Origin: Candidatus Altiarchaeota archaeon
GTDB lineage: Archaea; Altiarchaeota; Altiarchaeia; IMC4; SCGC-AAA252-I15
NCBI GenBank assembly: GCA_043800705.1
Contig: JAZDMS010000024.1
Span: 14,546-78,545, forward strand
DNA: 64,000 nt
Direction of reading: 5' to 3'
Both the position numbers and the translations under genes were made by a program. Under the pieces are notes generated by a model, which saw nothing but the letters and a program-made list of their open reading frames with translations, was not told the DNA's origin and searched no databases. This document shows, piece by piece, positions 1 to 9,854 of this stretch (within the stretch, counting starts at the first letter, position 1; the number at the start of each line of letters is the position of its first letter).

Positions 1-11
1 TCCCAAGAAGC

Positions 12-1382
12 GTGCTGGCGTCGACGACGTACGCGAAAAGAATCGCAGGACAAGGATTGGGCATGATAGAAGACGAGGAGAGAAACTACAGCCCGCCGAT
101 GGACGCAGACTGGTATATGTCAGTCATATTCGTGCCGGTTTTCCTGTTGGTGTGGGGGCTCGGATTCTTCGGAGGAATCGCAACCGCAATAATCAGTACA
201 GTCAACCCGCCCCTCGGCCAGAAAATAAGGAGGGTCCTGGGCCCTGTTATACTCATAGGGATGGTCGCGCTTTTCCTCGTGTTCTTCGCGGGATTCGCAG
301 TCGGCACCGGCATTATGAGCTCAGGCAGCCTCGGATACCTCCCGGCCGTCTCCATCCTGCAGGTCCTTGCATTTGCGCTTGTCTGGCATTTCTGGGGCAG
401 GGAACCGGCTGTGAACGTACACTCAATATATGAGCGGGAGCCGCCGTATGATTACAGCCCGGCAGTCCTTGACGCACTAATCCACCAGGATACCAAAAAG
501 CCAAAGACCGAGACGATGGGGGCGGAGCTCTTGAACCTGTGCCTTAAAGGGAAGATGAAGATAGGGAAGATTGATAAAGCAAAGGTCATGGGAATCTTTG
601 GAAGCGGGCAGGACTACGAAATCCGGATAATCGACCGAAGCGAATTCGGCCTGACAGAAAGCCAGAAGATCCTCTGTAGGATGATAGAGGTAATGGCGGC
701 ATTCAGATACGAAGGTACCTTCATACCTAGGAAAGTCGAAGATGAGACCCCAGATCTCGTCACCCTGGAAGAGATGATGAATTATCTCAGAAGCCAGCCC
801 CTTAAAACCAGGGAATGGCTCGAAAGCTGGCAGCACCAGGTTTGGGAGGAGGCCGATGAGATGGGATTCTTTGATGAGAAAAACGGCTACATAGCGTATG
901 CCCTGGCAACCTCCCTGAATGCCATCGCGGCTGCGATCATATCCCCGTTCATATTCCTACCCGTCGTCGTCATAGGAGGCATACTCCCGCTCGTGTACCC
1001 CAACGCCCTCCCCAACAGGACGAAAAAGGGCGCAGAACACTACGAGAAGTGGATGAGGCTGAAGAAATTCCTGTCTGATTTCAGTAATCTCAGCAGGATG
1101 CCCCCTGATGCAATAGCCCTATGGGAGAAGTACCTCGTATATGCCATACCGCTTGGGGAGGCCCAAAACGTCCAGAAGGCCATGGACCACGTCTTCAAGG
1201 ACTACCATGGAGAAATACACTCCAACATCATGGCTGGCGGCTTTTCCGCGGCATCGTTCGCCTCAGCAGCCGGAGGATTCTCCTCGGCCTTCGCCTCGGC
1301 GTCGGCCACGTCGGGCGGGGGCGGATTCGGCGGCGGAGGTGGGGGAGGAGGCGGCGGGGGAGGCGGAGGAGGAGCGGGCTGA
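12..1382 (+). CDS. DUF2207 family membrane protein (5' end probably outside window)
   Basis: TM segments, YEREPP, W..LKKFL.DFS, WEKYLVYA and a Gly-rich C-terminal tail; upstream of lemA; frame is open to the window edge. Confidence 0.85.
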   Translation: MLASTTYAKRIAGQGLGMIEDEERNYSPPMDADWYMSVIFVPVFLLVWGLGFFGGIATAIISTVNPPLGQKIRRVLGPVILIGMVALFLVFFAGFAVGTGIMSSGSLGYLPAVSILQVLAFALVWHFWGREPAVNVHSIYEREPPYDYSPAVLDALIHQDTKKPKTETMGAELLNLCLKGKMKIGKIDKAKVMGIFGSGQDYEIRIIDRSEFGLTESQKILCRMIEVMAAFRYEGTFIPRKVEDETPDLVTLEEMMNYLRSQPLKTREWLESWQHQVWEEADEMGFFDEKNGYIAYALATSLNAIAAAIISPFIFLPVVVIGGILPLVYPNALPNRTKKGAEHYEKWMRLKKFLSDFSNLSRMPPDAIALWEKYLVYAIPLGEAQNVQKAMDHVFKDYHGEIHSNIMAGGFSAASFASAAGGFSSAFASASATSGGGGFGGGGGGGGGGGGGGGAG

Positions 1383-1426
1383 GGTCTTTTTAAGCAAACA
1401 TCCAATATAATTCCAGGTGATAGTAA

Positions 1427-2014
1427 ATGGTCGGATTCTTTGAATTGATCGGAGTTTTTGGGATATTAGGAGTAGTGGGATTCGTAGGTCTTCTCGTCGT
1501 CGTAGGGGCGGTAATAGTCGTATACAACGGACTCGTCACGCTGCGCAACCAGTGCGAGAACGCATGGAGCCAGATAGACGTCCAGCTGAAGCGAAGAAAC
1601 GACCTGATACCGAACCTGGTGGAGACCGTCAAAGGCTACGCATCCCATGAGCGGGGCACCTTCGAAGCAGTGACGCAGGCGAGGGCCGCGATGGCGAATG
1701 CGAAGTCGATGAAGGACATAAACGAAGCAAACAACCAGCTCACCGGGGCGTTGAAGACCCTGTTCGCGGTCGCAGAGAACTATCCGCAGCTGAAGGCGAA
1801 CGAAAACTTCATGCAACTGCAGGAGGAGCTCACGACGACCGAGAACAAGATATCCTACGCCAGGCAGTTCTACAACGACATCGTGATGAAATACGACACA
1901 ACCAGGCAGACGTTCCCGTCCAGCCTCATAGCAGGCATGTTCCATTTCGTCGACAAGGAATACTTCCAGACGCCCGAGGCCGAAAAGGCGGTGCCGAAAG
2001 TCAATTTCACCTAA
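1427..2014 (+). CDS. lemA: LemA family protein
   Basis: N-terminal TM; [35 protein letters not shown]; [15 protein letters not shown]. Confidence 0.97.
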   Translation: MVGFFELIGVFGILGVVGFVGLLVVVGAVIVVYNGLVTLRNQCENAWSQIDVQLKRRNDLIPNLVETVKGYASHERGTFEAVTQARAAMANAKSMKDINEANNQLTGALKTLFAVAENYPQLKANENFMQLQEELTTTENKISYARQFYNDIVMKYDTTRQTFPSSLIAGMFHFVDKEYFQTPEAEKAVPKVNFT

Positions 2015-2015
2015 G

Positions 2016-2567
2016 ATGGGTTTGACCAGGCAAGAGGGCGGCAACTACTCCGTCGTCGATGTATCTTCCATCCCTGGGACGAAGAGGCTTGCCACCAAGG
2101 AAACCCGTGACTGGCGGGTCTACAGGCGGGAGATTGACGCCCTCATCTACGGCGCATACCCCGACCAGTCCGCGATAGCCAGGCTTCTGGAACTGAAGAC
2201 TACCTATTCCAGAGGAAGCTTCATGCTGGACCAGAGGGGAAGCCCGGTACCGAACAGTGCCAAGGAGGGATCATGGGGGAGAATACCCCGGATGCATGGG
2301 GAATTCCATGAAGTAGAAGCCTCGAAGAGGAGGGATTGGTTCTGCGGACTCCATGTCGTAGACGGGGATGCCGAGGTATATTTCAGAATCAACCACCCGG
2401 ACGCAACCGCCAGCATGAACCTGTATGACTTTGAGGCGCTGAAAGGCTCCCCCCTCGGGATAGCAGTCTCTCACTGGATCCATATCAAGTCGGAACAGCT
2501 CGAACGGGAGGGAGCCGACGTCGGGCAGATGAAAGAGGAACTGGGGGAGCAAGCTGGGGAGAACTGA
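2016..2567 (+). CDS. hypothetical protein
   Basis: 183-aa ORF packed exactly between lemA and htpX; no recognised motif. Confidence 0.6.
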   Translation: MGLTRQEGGNYSVVDVSSIPGTKRLATKETRDWRVYRREIDALIYGAYPDQSAIARLLELKTTYSRGSFMLDQRGSPVPNSAKEGSWGRIPRMHGEFHEVEASKRRDWFCGLHVVDGDAEVYFRINHPDATASMNLYDFEALKGSPLGIAVSHWIHIKSEQLEREGADVGQMKEELGEQAGEN

Positions 2568-3497
2568 ATGGAAAAGATAAACTTCTACGAGCAGATAGAA
2601 AGGAACAAGAGATACTCGTGGATACTGATGGTCCTGGTGTTCGCCACCGTCGCCGTACTGTCTGTAGCCTTCGCCATAATAATCGCAGGCATGTATGACA
2701 TCGGAACCATGTTCATTTTCCTCATTTTCGCGACGGTCTTCAACATAGGCTACATCCTGGCCACATACTACAAGTCAGCGGACATCGCAGTATCGTCCGT
2801 GGGCGCCATACCCGCAGACGCACCCCAATACAAACAACTGAACAACATCGTCGAGGAGATGGCGATAGCGTCAGGCCAGCCGAAGCCGAAGGTCTACGTC
2901 ATGGCCACGAAGGACATAAACGCATTCGCAGCCGGCCGCGACCCGGAGCACAGCATAATATGCGTCACCGAAGGATGCCTGCAGAAGCTCGAAAGGCAGG
3001 AGCTGCAGAGCGTCGTAGCCCACGAGATGACCCACATAAGGAACTTCGACATCAGGTTCGTCACCCTGGTCGCGGTAATGGTCGGCCTCGTGTCGATACT
3101 CAGCCAGATGTTCCTTCGGAGCATGTGGTACGGCGGAGGAGGACGAAACCGGGGACGCGGTGGGGGAGGCGGACTGTTCATCGTCCTCGTGCTGGCAGGA
3201 TTAATCCTCTCCATAATAGCCCCGTTGATAGTAAAGCTCGTCCAATTGGCGATTTCGAGGAAAAGGGAATACATGGCCGACGCCGGCGCAGTCGAGCTGA
3301 CAAGGTACCCCCAGGGGATGATTGAGGCCTTGAAGAAGATAGGGGAGGACTACGCCAGCCCCGGGGAACACACCAAAGTCAACGCTGCCGTGGCGCCCAT
3401 GTTCCTGGCAGACACGTCAAAGACACGGTTCATAGGGCTCCTGGAGACGCACCCGCCCATCAAGGACAGGATTAAGGCCCTTGAAAAGATGCTCTAA
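2568..3497 (+). CDS. htpX: M48 zinc metalloprotease HtpX
   Basis: HEMTH zinc motif, NAFAAG, SRKREYMADA, THPP, TM helices. Confidence 0.95.
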   Translation: MEKINFYEQIERNKRYSWILMVLVFATVAVLSVAFAIIIAGMYDIGTMFIFLIFATVFNIGYILATYYKSADIAVSSVGAIPADAPQYKQLNNIVEEMAIASGQPKPKVYVMATKDINAFAAGRDPEHSIICVTEGCLQKLERQELQSVVAHEMTHIRNFDIRFVTLVAVMVGLVSILSQMFLRSMWYGGGGRNRGRGGGGGLFIVLVLAGLILSIIAPLIVKLVQLAISRKREYMADAGAVELTRYPQGMIEALKKIGEDYASPGEHTKVNAAVAPMFLADTSKTRFIGLLETHPPIKDRIKALEKML

Positions 3498-3520
3498 AGG
3501 ATTAATTCCATTGTTGCCTA

Positions 3521-4654
3521 TTGGTTACTGTGACAAAGGCTGCAGAAAGCGCCAAGCATCCGAGATTCTTCACTCCTGAGACCCCAGTAGGGGATATCTT
3601 TGAGTTCATCCAGGAGGGGGAGAGGAGGCATGCGGAAAGGCTGAAACCTGCGGCAGGCGAAACCGAGCTAAGGGTCGACCTCCACCACCACTTCGTGCCC
3701 AGCATCAATCCAAAAACCAGGGCGAAACAGGTTAGGGCATTTTGGAAGGCTGCTGAGTATTCCGGACTGGACGCCGTCGCAATCACGACACACAGCAACA
3801 TAGGGGCAGAAGACATTAATCCCGGCTCCATATACAGGGAACTCGCGAAGGCCATGCCCGAAGCCCTGATGAAGAGGGGATTCAGGCTGCTTGCCGGGCT
3901 GGAGGTGCTATGCCAGGGGCGGGTGGAACTCGGCTTGATTTCGTCCGATCCAGACCTCATCTACGGCGACGGATTCTGGATGTCTAAACCGGACCCACTG
4001 GATGCAGCAAAGAGAATCAGCGATGACGATAGGCTCCTTGGATATCTCCCCCACCCATTCCTGAACGCAGGCGGCGCGGCACACCCAGACAACCTCGGCC
4101 TAGACACGGCCAAAAGGCTGGTGGGAGACTATGGCCTTGGAGTCGAGCTGCACGGCTTCATACAGGATATCCGCGACTTCGCGCAAATGCCGGGGATCAA
4201 TGCCATCCTAAAAAAACAGGCGGAGAAATGCCAACATATCCAGGAGGACGTGCACTCCTCCGGACTCTCCCGGGACGCCGAATTCCTGACAGCTGGCGGA
4301 GACTACCACCACTACAAGAACCTGGGCAGGACGTTCATCATTGTCAAGGCAAAGAAGAGATCCGCGCTCCCCCTAAGGGAGCAGTTCAGGCTGTCGGAGA
4401 CGCAATCTGGACTTGTCATACTAGAGGCATGCTCTGAAAGACTGAAGGATGACTCGGCAAACACACCGATAACGGACGATGGGCTGCTGGCGGGGGTCAG
4501 ATCAGGCAAGAGGGACGGAGCAAGGGCTGTGCTGCCGCAGTCGAGGGGGATGAGATTCCTGCTCCCCCTGACTGCAGAGATGTTGCGGGAGAAACTGGGA
4601 CGAGACAGGGAAAAAAACCTCGTCAGCGAAGAGGACAGGGTGAATCCTGTCTAA
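3521..4654 (+). CDS. PHP-domain (metal-dependent phosphoesterase-like) protein
   Basis: DLHHH, AITTH, GLEV, PHPF and GGDYHH motifs in PHP order; start codon uncertain. Confidence 0.6.
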   Translation: MVTVTKAAESAKHPRFFTPETPVGDIFEFIQEGERRHAERLKPAAGETELRVDLHHHFVPSINPKTRAKQVRAFWKAAEYSGLDAVAITTHSNIGAEDINPGSIYRELAKAMPEALMKRGFRLLAGLEVLCQGRVELGLISSDPDLIYGDGFWMSKPDPLDAAKRISDDDRLLGYLPHPFLNAGGAAHPDNLGLDTAKRLVGDYGLGVELHGFIQDIRDFAQMPGINAILKKQAEKCQHIQEDVHSSGLSRDAEFLTAGGDYHHYKNLGRTFIIVKAKKRSALPLREQFRLSETQSGLVILEACSERLKDDSANTPITDDGLLAGVRSGKRDGARAVLPQSRGMRFLLPLTAEMLREKLGRDREKNLVSEEDRVNPV

Positions 4655-4673
4655 GCACTCGCAGAGCGGAAAT

Positions 4674-4681
4674 TTATAAAT
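4674..4681 (+). promoter_or_regulatory. archaeal TATA box (TTTATAAA) with purine-rich BRE
   Basis: ggaaaTTTATAAA upstream of a GGTGAT ribosome-binding site and ATG 4710. Confidence 0.55.
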
Positions 4682-4804
4682 AGGGGCGCCTATCTCGATA
4701 GGTGATCCCATGCAGCAGGTAAACGATCTTGGGAAGTTGAGGCTGGTCCAGACATGGAAAAAGCCTGAAACGGCTCTTAAGCCCAAAAAACGGATAATAA
4801 TCCG

Positions 4805-5503
4805 GTGGCCAAGAGTATAATCCTCAAACCAGGCGATATATGCAGGGTTGAACCCGACCGTATAGAAGACCGTAATGTGCTAAGGGTCGAGCTTACCGAA
4901 ACAGGCAGGAGCCTGAACGCACTAGCTCAGCTGAACCAGCAGGACCTCCCGCGCCAGATAGTCGAGCTCGGACCCGATGCTGTCAGGAATATCGGAAAGG
5001 TCGCGGGAGCCGGGATCGGGAAAAAACTCAATGCCGCAGCGAATGCAATAAGCCACGGACTGGGGGAGGATGAGCTACTTCTTATCCCAGGGCTCAAGGA
5101 GCTCGGAAACCTCAGGTTCACTGCGGGGGGGCACGTCCTCGGGCAGGAGCCGTATCCCGTGGAAAAACAGGCGAAACTGCAAAATGCCATCGAAAGATGC
5201 GTAGCGGAAAACCTACAGCAGAGGATCGAGGCCAGGTTGGAGCTGACAGGGGAAAAAAGGAGCAGGGAGATTCTAGAGGTCGGGATCCTAAAGAGAGGCG
5301 AAACCCTGAAGGTGGTCCCCTCCCCCCACACGGCAATCCGCCTCAGCACAGAAGAAGTCGGTGAGATCTTGGCTGACGTGAACGTCGAGCCCAGAACCTA
5401 CACATTGGATGAAAATCCCGACAGGCCGCTACCCGGGCAGATAAGGTCCGAACTTGCAAAGTACGGCATCGTTTTAGGGGCTAGAAAGATACTTGGCGCC
5501 TAA
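4805..5503 (+). CDS. hypothetical protein (real start possibly ATG 4710 with a frameshift at the A6 run 4785-4790)
   Basis: 232-aa ORF from GTG; the SD plus ATG at 4710 lie in another frame. Confidence 0.55.
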   Translation: MAKSIILKPGDICRVEPDRIEDRNVLRVELTETGRSLNALAQLNQQDLPRQIVELGPDAVRNIGKVAGAGIGKKLNAAANAISHGLGEDELLLIPGLKELGNLRFTAGGHVLGQEPYPVEKQAKLQNAIERCVAENLQQRIEARLELTGEKRSREILEVGILKRGETLKVVPSPHTAIRLSTEEVGEILADVNVEPRTYTLDENPDRPLPGQIRSELAKYGIVLGARKILGA

Positions 5504-6249
5504 CCTTCGCTAAGCTCCCTAAGAAGCTCCCGCCCACCTATCTCCGGCAGGCATACGACGTGGTCGGCGCCTGCCGTCCTTAATTTGCCTACGTTCTCCT
5601 TCCTGTTTGCGCGCGCGTAGATCTTCACCTGCGGATTCATCTCCTTTATCGAAAGGACCGTGAAAACGGTCTTGGGATCCTGGTTCAACGCGATTATGAC
5701 TGCCTTCGCGTTCTCTATACCCGCCTCCCTTAGCGTCTCTCCGACAGTCGAATCCCCCCTGATCCCCAGATACCCTTTCTTCGTCAGCAAGGCGAACCGT
5801 TCCTCGTTGTTCTCCACGACGACGGGATTCTTCAGCCCAGCCGCCACCTGCTCGCCGACGTCCCCGTATCCGCAGATTATGACGTGGTCCCTCATTCTGC
5901 CGATGTCTGCCTTCGTCTTCTCCAAATTGAACACCTCCATAAGCTCCCCCTCGAAAATCGCCATCGACACAGCGCCGAACATGTAAAGAAAGGCCGAGAC
6001 CCCAAGGGGGATGAAAAAAAGCGTGAATGCTTTGCCTGCGTAGGTCACCGGGTAGAAGTCCCCGTACCCGATGGTGCTCAAAGTCACTACGCTGAAATAC
6101 AGCGCATCGAAAGGCCGCAAGGCTTCGAAGCGGCAATAACCCATCGTTCCGATGGCCAAGACGAAGAGTATGTATGCGGCAGCGTAGAACAGGTGCTTGA
6201 AAGACCTATGCAGGCCCCGCATGAAGGGGAAACGATAGTAGTCTACCAC
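5500..6249 (-). CDS. 2-TM potassium channel with TrkA-N/RCK domain (MthK/Kch-like)
   Basis: Selectivity filter TIGYGD; HVIICGYGDVG Rossmann motif; AGADHVV. Confidence 0.93.
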   Translation of the reverse strand: MVDYYRFPFMRGLHRSFKHLFYAAAYILFVLAIGTMGYCRFEALRPFDALYFSVVTLSTIGYGDFYPVTYAGKAFTLFFIPLGVSAFLYMFGAVSMAIFEGELMEVFNLEKTKADIGRMRDHVIICGYGDVGEQVAAGLKNPVVVENNEERFALLTKKGYLGIRGDSTVGETLREAGIENAKAVIIALNQDPKTVFTVLSIKEMNPQVKIYARANRKENVGKLRTAGADHVVCLPEIGGRELLRELSEG

Positions 6250-6334
6250 AGAAAGATATTAGCCGGAGGGAAATAAGAACCGGGACGAATCCGGCCGCAG
6301 ACATATAAAAGCCTGCCCTTCCAAGATAAATATA

Positions 6335-6805
6335 ATGAACAGGATATTCGACGGCTCGACACGGGGAGGAGGGGGAGACGAGACACAACCGGGGGCACCT
6401 ACAGGTCGAATCGAAAAACCATCTCCAGCGGAGGCCGCGATGCTGGATGTCGTCATGGCGAAACTGACTGGGAAAAGGGTTCAGGTAGCTGTGAACATCG
6501 AGGCCACTGCGAGGTGGAAGGTCGGCCAGATGAGCAAAAGCCAGAAGAACATGGAGGGATATCTGGAGCCCGGCGAGACGAGGGCCCGCTTATTCCTGAT
6601 AACAGACAACAACCGCAGGATCGAGTCCGTCACAGAGAATGCGCCCGCAATCGACATGACAAAGCAGCAGGCCTGCGACGTCGGCGTCATACTGAAGCCT
6701 GGGAAGGGATTCTCGATACTCCACGAAGACGGCCTACCGAAGGAGCTAGTGGCAGACATGCAAAGCATAGGAATCAGGCTCGAAAAAAGGACCATCAAGA
6801 AGTGA
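6335..6805 (+). CDS. hypothetical protein
   Basis: 156-aa ORF with a TATAAAA-like box about 30 nt upstream. Confidence 0.6.
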   Translation: MNRIFDGSTRGGGGDETQPGAPTGRIEKPSPAEAAMLDVVMAKLTGKRVQVAVNIEATARWKVGQMSKSQKNMEGYLEPGETRARLFLITDNNRRIESVTENAPAIDMTKQQACDVGVILKPGKGFSILHEDGLPKELVADMQSIGIRLEKRTIKK

Positions 6806-6850
6806 TCATCAGCTTGGTTGAATTCATAAATATCATGTGTCAATCCTGCC

Positions 6851-6948
6851 CAGAGACCTAGGACAGGAGACCGAAGACTAGAAAAAGAAGACTGAAAACA
6901 GAAGACTGAAAACAGAAGACTGGAAACAGAAGACTGGAAACAGAAGAT
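6851..6948. repeat. heptad tandem repeat (14 units, e.g. AGAAGAC/TGAAAAC/TGGAAAC)
   Basis: Units read directly: CAGAGAC CTAGGAC AGGAGAC CGAAGAC TAGAAAA AGAAGAC TGAAAAC AGAAGAC TGAAAAC AGAAGAC TGGAAAC AGAAGAC TGGAAAC AGAAGAT. Confidence 0.9.
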
Positions 6949-6961
6949 TGAATAGGAGAGT

Positions 6962-7081
6962 GAGGGGCGGGTTCATGCGTTTTAACATGGATGTCTGCCC
7001 CGCCGGCTACCTCATCGGTATACTCGGGTGTCGGTCGCAGACAAAGTTACAAATTGTTGACGGCCGAACCGTGTGCCCCTC
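6962..7081 (-). ncRNA. candidate 120-nt structured ncRNA (unassigned family)
   Basis: Nested stems GAGGGGC/GCCCCTC, GGTTC/GAACC, AACA/TGTT, TGTCTGC/GCAGACA; minus-strand TTTTTAAG box at 7112-7105; pyrimidine-rich tract downstream. Confidence 0.55.
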
Positions 7082-7231
7082 GATAGATCTATTGTCAGAT
7101 GCTGCTTAAAAATGCTTTGGTTTCCATTAGAAAACGTCGGCATTTTTAAGTGGATGGGGCGAATATTTTACATCAAATCCGGCACTTTTTGGTTCTGGGG
7201 TTAAATTCCGGTTCGACGTATTTATCCTGCC

Positions 7232-9803
7232 ATGATCGAGGCCCAGAAGGAACCGTACACCAAGGATGAGATTCTAAGGCAGCTGCATCCGCTCGTTCGG
7301 AAATGGTTTCAAGAGAAGCACGGGGAGTTCTCGCAGCCGCAGCTTTATGCGATACCGAACATCATGCACAAGGTCAACACCCTCGTGTGCGCCCCCACAG
7401 GCAGCGGAAAGACGCTGACTGCGTTCATGAGCGTCCTCAACAAACTCATCGAGTCGTCTCTGGTTGGCGACCTCAAGGACCAGGTCTACTGCCTGTACGT
7501 GTCCCCCCTGAAGGCCCTGAACAACGACATAAGGAGGAACCTAGAGGAGCCGCTTCGGGAGCTTGAGGCCATTCACGGATCCAGTCTTGGCATAAGGGTC
7601 ATGGTCCGAACGGGAGACACCCCCCAGAGCCAGAGACAAAGGATGCTCGCAAAGCCGCCGCACATCCTGATAACCACACCCGAGAGCCTCGACCTGATGC
7701 TGGCCTCCCCCGAAGTTCAGCCTCAAGCTCGCGGACGTGAAATGGCTCATCATAGACGAAGTCCACGCCCTGGCGGAGAACAAGAGGGGGGTCCAGCTGA
7801 GCCTCGCAGTGGAGAGGCTGCAAAATCTGGCAGGCAGATTCACGCGCATCGGACTGAGCGCGACGATCAACCCCCTCGAAAAGGTCGCAGAATACCTCGT
7901 AGGGCTCGAGGGCGGAAAGCCCAGGGACTGCAGGATAGCCGACGTCAGGCACATAAAGGAGCTGGACATAAAGGTCCTCAGCCCTGTGCCCAACCTGATA
8001 ACTGCGTCACCGGCCATGATGCACGAGGAACTCTACAAACTCCTCGACGACCTCATCCAAGCCCACAAGACGACGCTCGTATTCACAAACACACGCTCGG
8101 CTACCGAGAGGGTGGTCAACCACCTTAAGACAAAACATCCGGGGAAATACTTTGACAACATCGGCGCCCACCACAGCTCCCTTTCGGCTGAACACCGCCT
8201 GGACATAGAGGAGCGCCTGAAGAGGGGGGAGCTGAAGGTGGTCGTGTCCTCGACCAGCCTCGAACTGGGCATCGACATCGGATACATCGACCTCGTCGTA
8301 CTCCTCGGATCCCCCAAAAGCGTCGCAAGGGCGCTTCAGAGGATCGGCCGCTCAGGCCACAAATTGCACGATAAGGCGGTCGGCAGGATAATAGTCCTCG
8401 ACCGCGACGACCTCGTCGAATGCTCGGTCCTCCTGAAGAACGCCATGGAGGGCAGGATCGACGACCTGCAGATCCCGGAAAACTGCCTCGACGTCCTCGC
8501 CCAGGAGCTGTACGGGATGGCGATATCGAATGTTGAGAACGTCGACAACGCCTACGAGCTCGTGAGAAGGAGCTACTGCTACAGGAGCCTCCGCAGGGAG
8601 GACTACGATGCCGTCCTCCACTACCTTGCGGGGGACTACGTCGAGCTCGAGCAGAGGAACGTTTATGCGAAGATATGGGTCGACGACGACAAGAGGCTCT
8701 TCGGGAAAAGGGGGAAGATGGCGCGGGTGATATACTCGACAAATCTGGGCACGATACCGGACGAATCATATGTCACCGTGAAGGTCGGGGAGGCCCCCGT
8801 CGGGAAGCTCGACGAAGGATTCCTGGAAAAGCTGAAGAAGGGGGACATATTCGTCCTCGGAGGAAAACTCTACAGGTTCAACTTCTGCAGGGGCATGGTC
8901 TGCCAGGTATCCCCCGACAGCGGCCCGCCAACCGTCCCCTCATGGTACAGCGAATCCCTGCCTCTCAGTTTCGGCCTCGCCCTCGAGATCCAGCGATTCA
9001 GGCACCTGATGGAGGAGAGGATGGGCAAATCCAAGAAGGAGGTCACGGACTGGCTGATGGGCTTCCTCTACGCCGACGAAAACGCGGTCGAGAGCATATA
9101 CGAGTACTTCCGTGAGCAGCACAGGTACTCGACGATACCGCACGAACGCAGGATAATCATCGAATACAACCAGGCCTTCAAGAAGAGGTATATCGTTTTC
9201 CACTGCCTGTTCGGCCGCAGGGTCAACGACGCCCTGTCCAGGGCGGTCGCATGGGAGATCGCGAAGAAGGAGAGGAAAAACGTCGCGATAAGCCTCTCCG
9301 ACAACGGATTCTACATCACCCTCCCGGGAAAGGTCCAGGCCCATAACGCGTTCATGAGCCTGAGGGCGGAAAACCTCAGAAGGACGCTCATCGAGGCCAT
9401 CGACAAGACCGACGTCCTTACACGGAGGTTCAGGCACTGCGCAACGCGCAGCCTAATGATGCTTCGGACATACAAGGGCGCAAGGAAGTCCGTCGGGAAG
9501 CAGCAGATGGGGTCCAAGATCCTTCTGCACTTCGTCAAGAAACTTGACCAAAAGTTCCCAATACTCGAGGAGGCCCGCAGGGAGGTCATGGAGGACCTGA
9601 TGGACATAAAGGACGCGGAAAAGGTCCTGAAGGCCGTAAACGACGGCAATATAGAGGTGAAGGAGATAAACACCGACATCCCCACGCCGTTCGCGATGGA
9701 GCTGATCGGCCGCGGATACATGGACGTCCTGCGGCCCGAAGACCGTCACGAATTCATCAAAAGGATGCATGAAGCGCTGCTGGAGAGGATAAAGGACAAG
9801 TAG
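7232..9803 (+). CDS. lhr: ATP-dependent helicase Lhr (Lhr-core), split by a +1 frameshift at the C5 run 7707-7711
   Basis: Walker [17 protein letters not shown] and TTPESL in ORF 7232; [18 protein letters not shown] and QRIGRSGH in ORF 7737. Confidence 0.9.
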
Positions 9804-9854
9804 GCCCCACGTCAATAGGTTCATTTTTATCTTCTTCCATCTCAAGGGATATAT

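Noticed and set aside
1310-1380. G-rich tract as G-quadruplex or regulatory repeat
   Set aside because: It encodes the Gly-rich tail typical of DUF2207 proteins
6962-7081. 5S rRNA, SRP RNA or RNase P RNA
   Set aside because: Length fits 5S, but the fold is an unbranched rod and the conserved signature sequences are not in place
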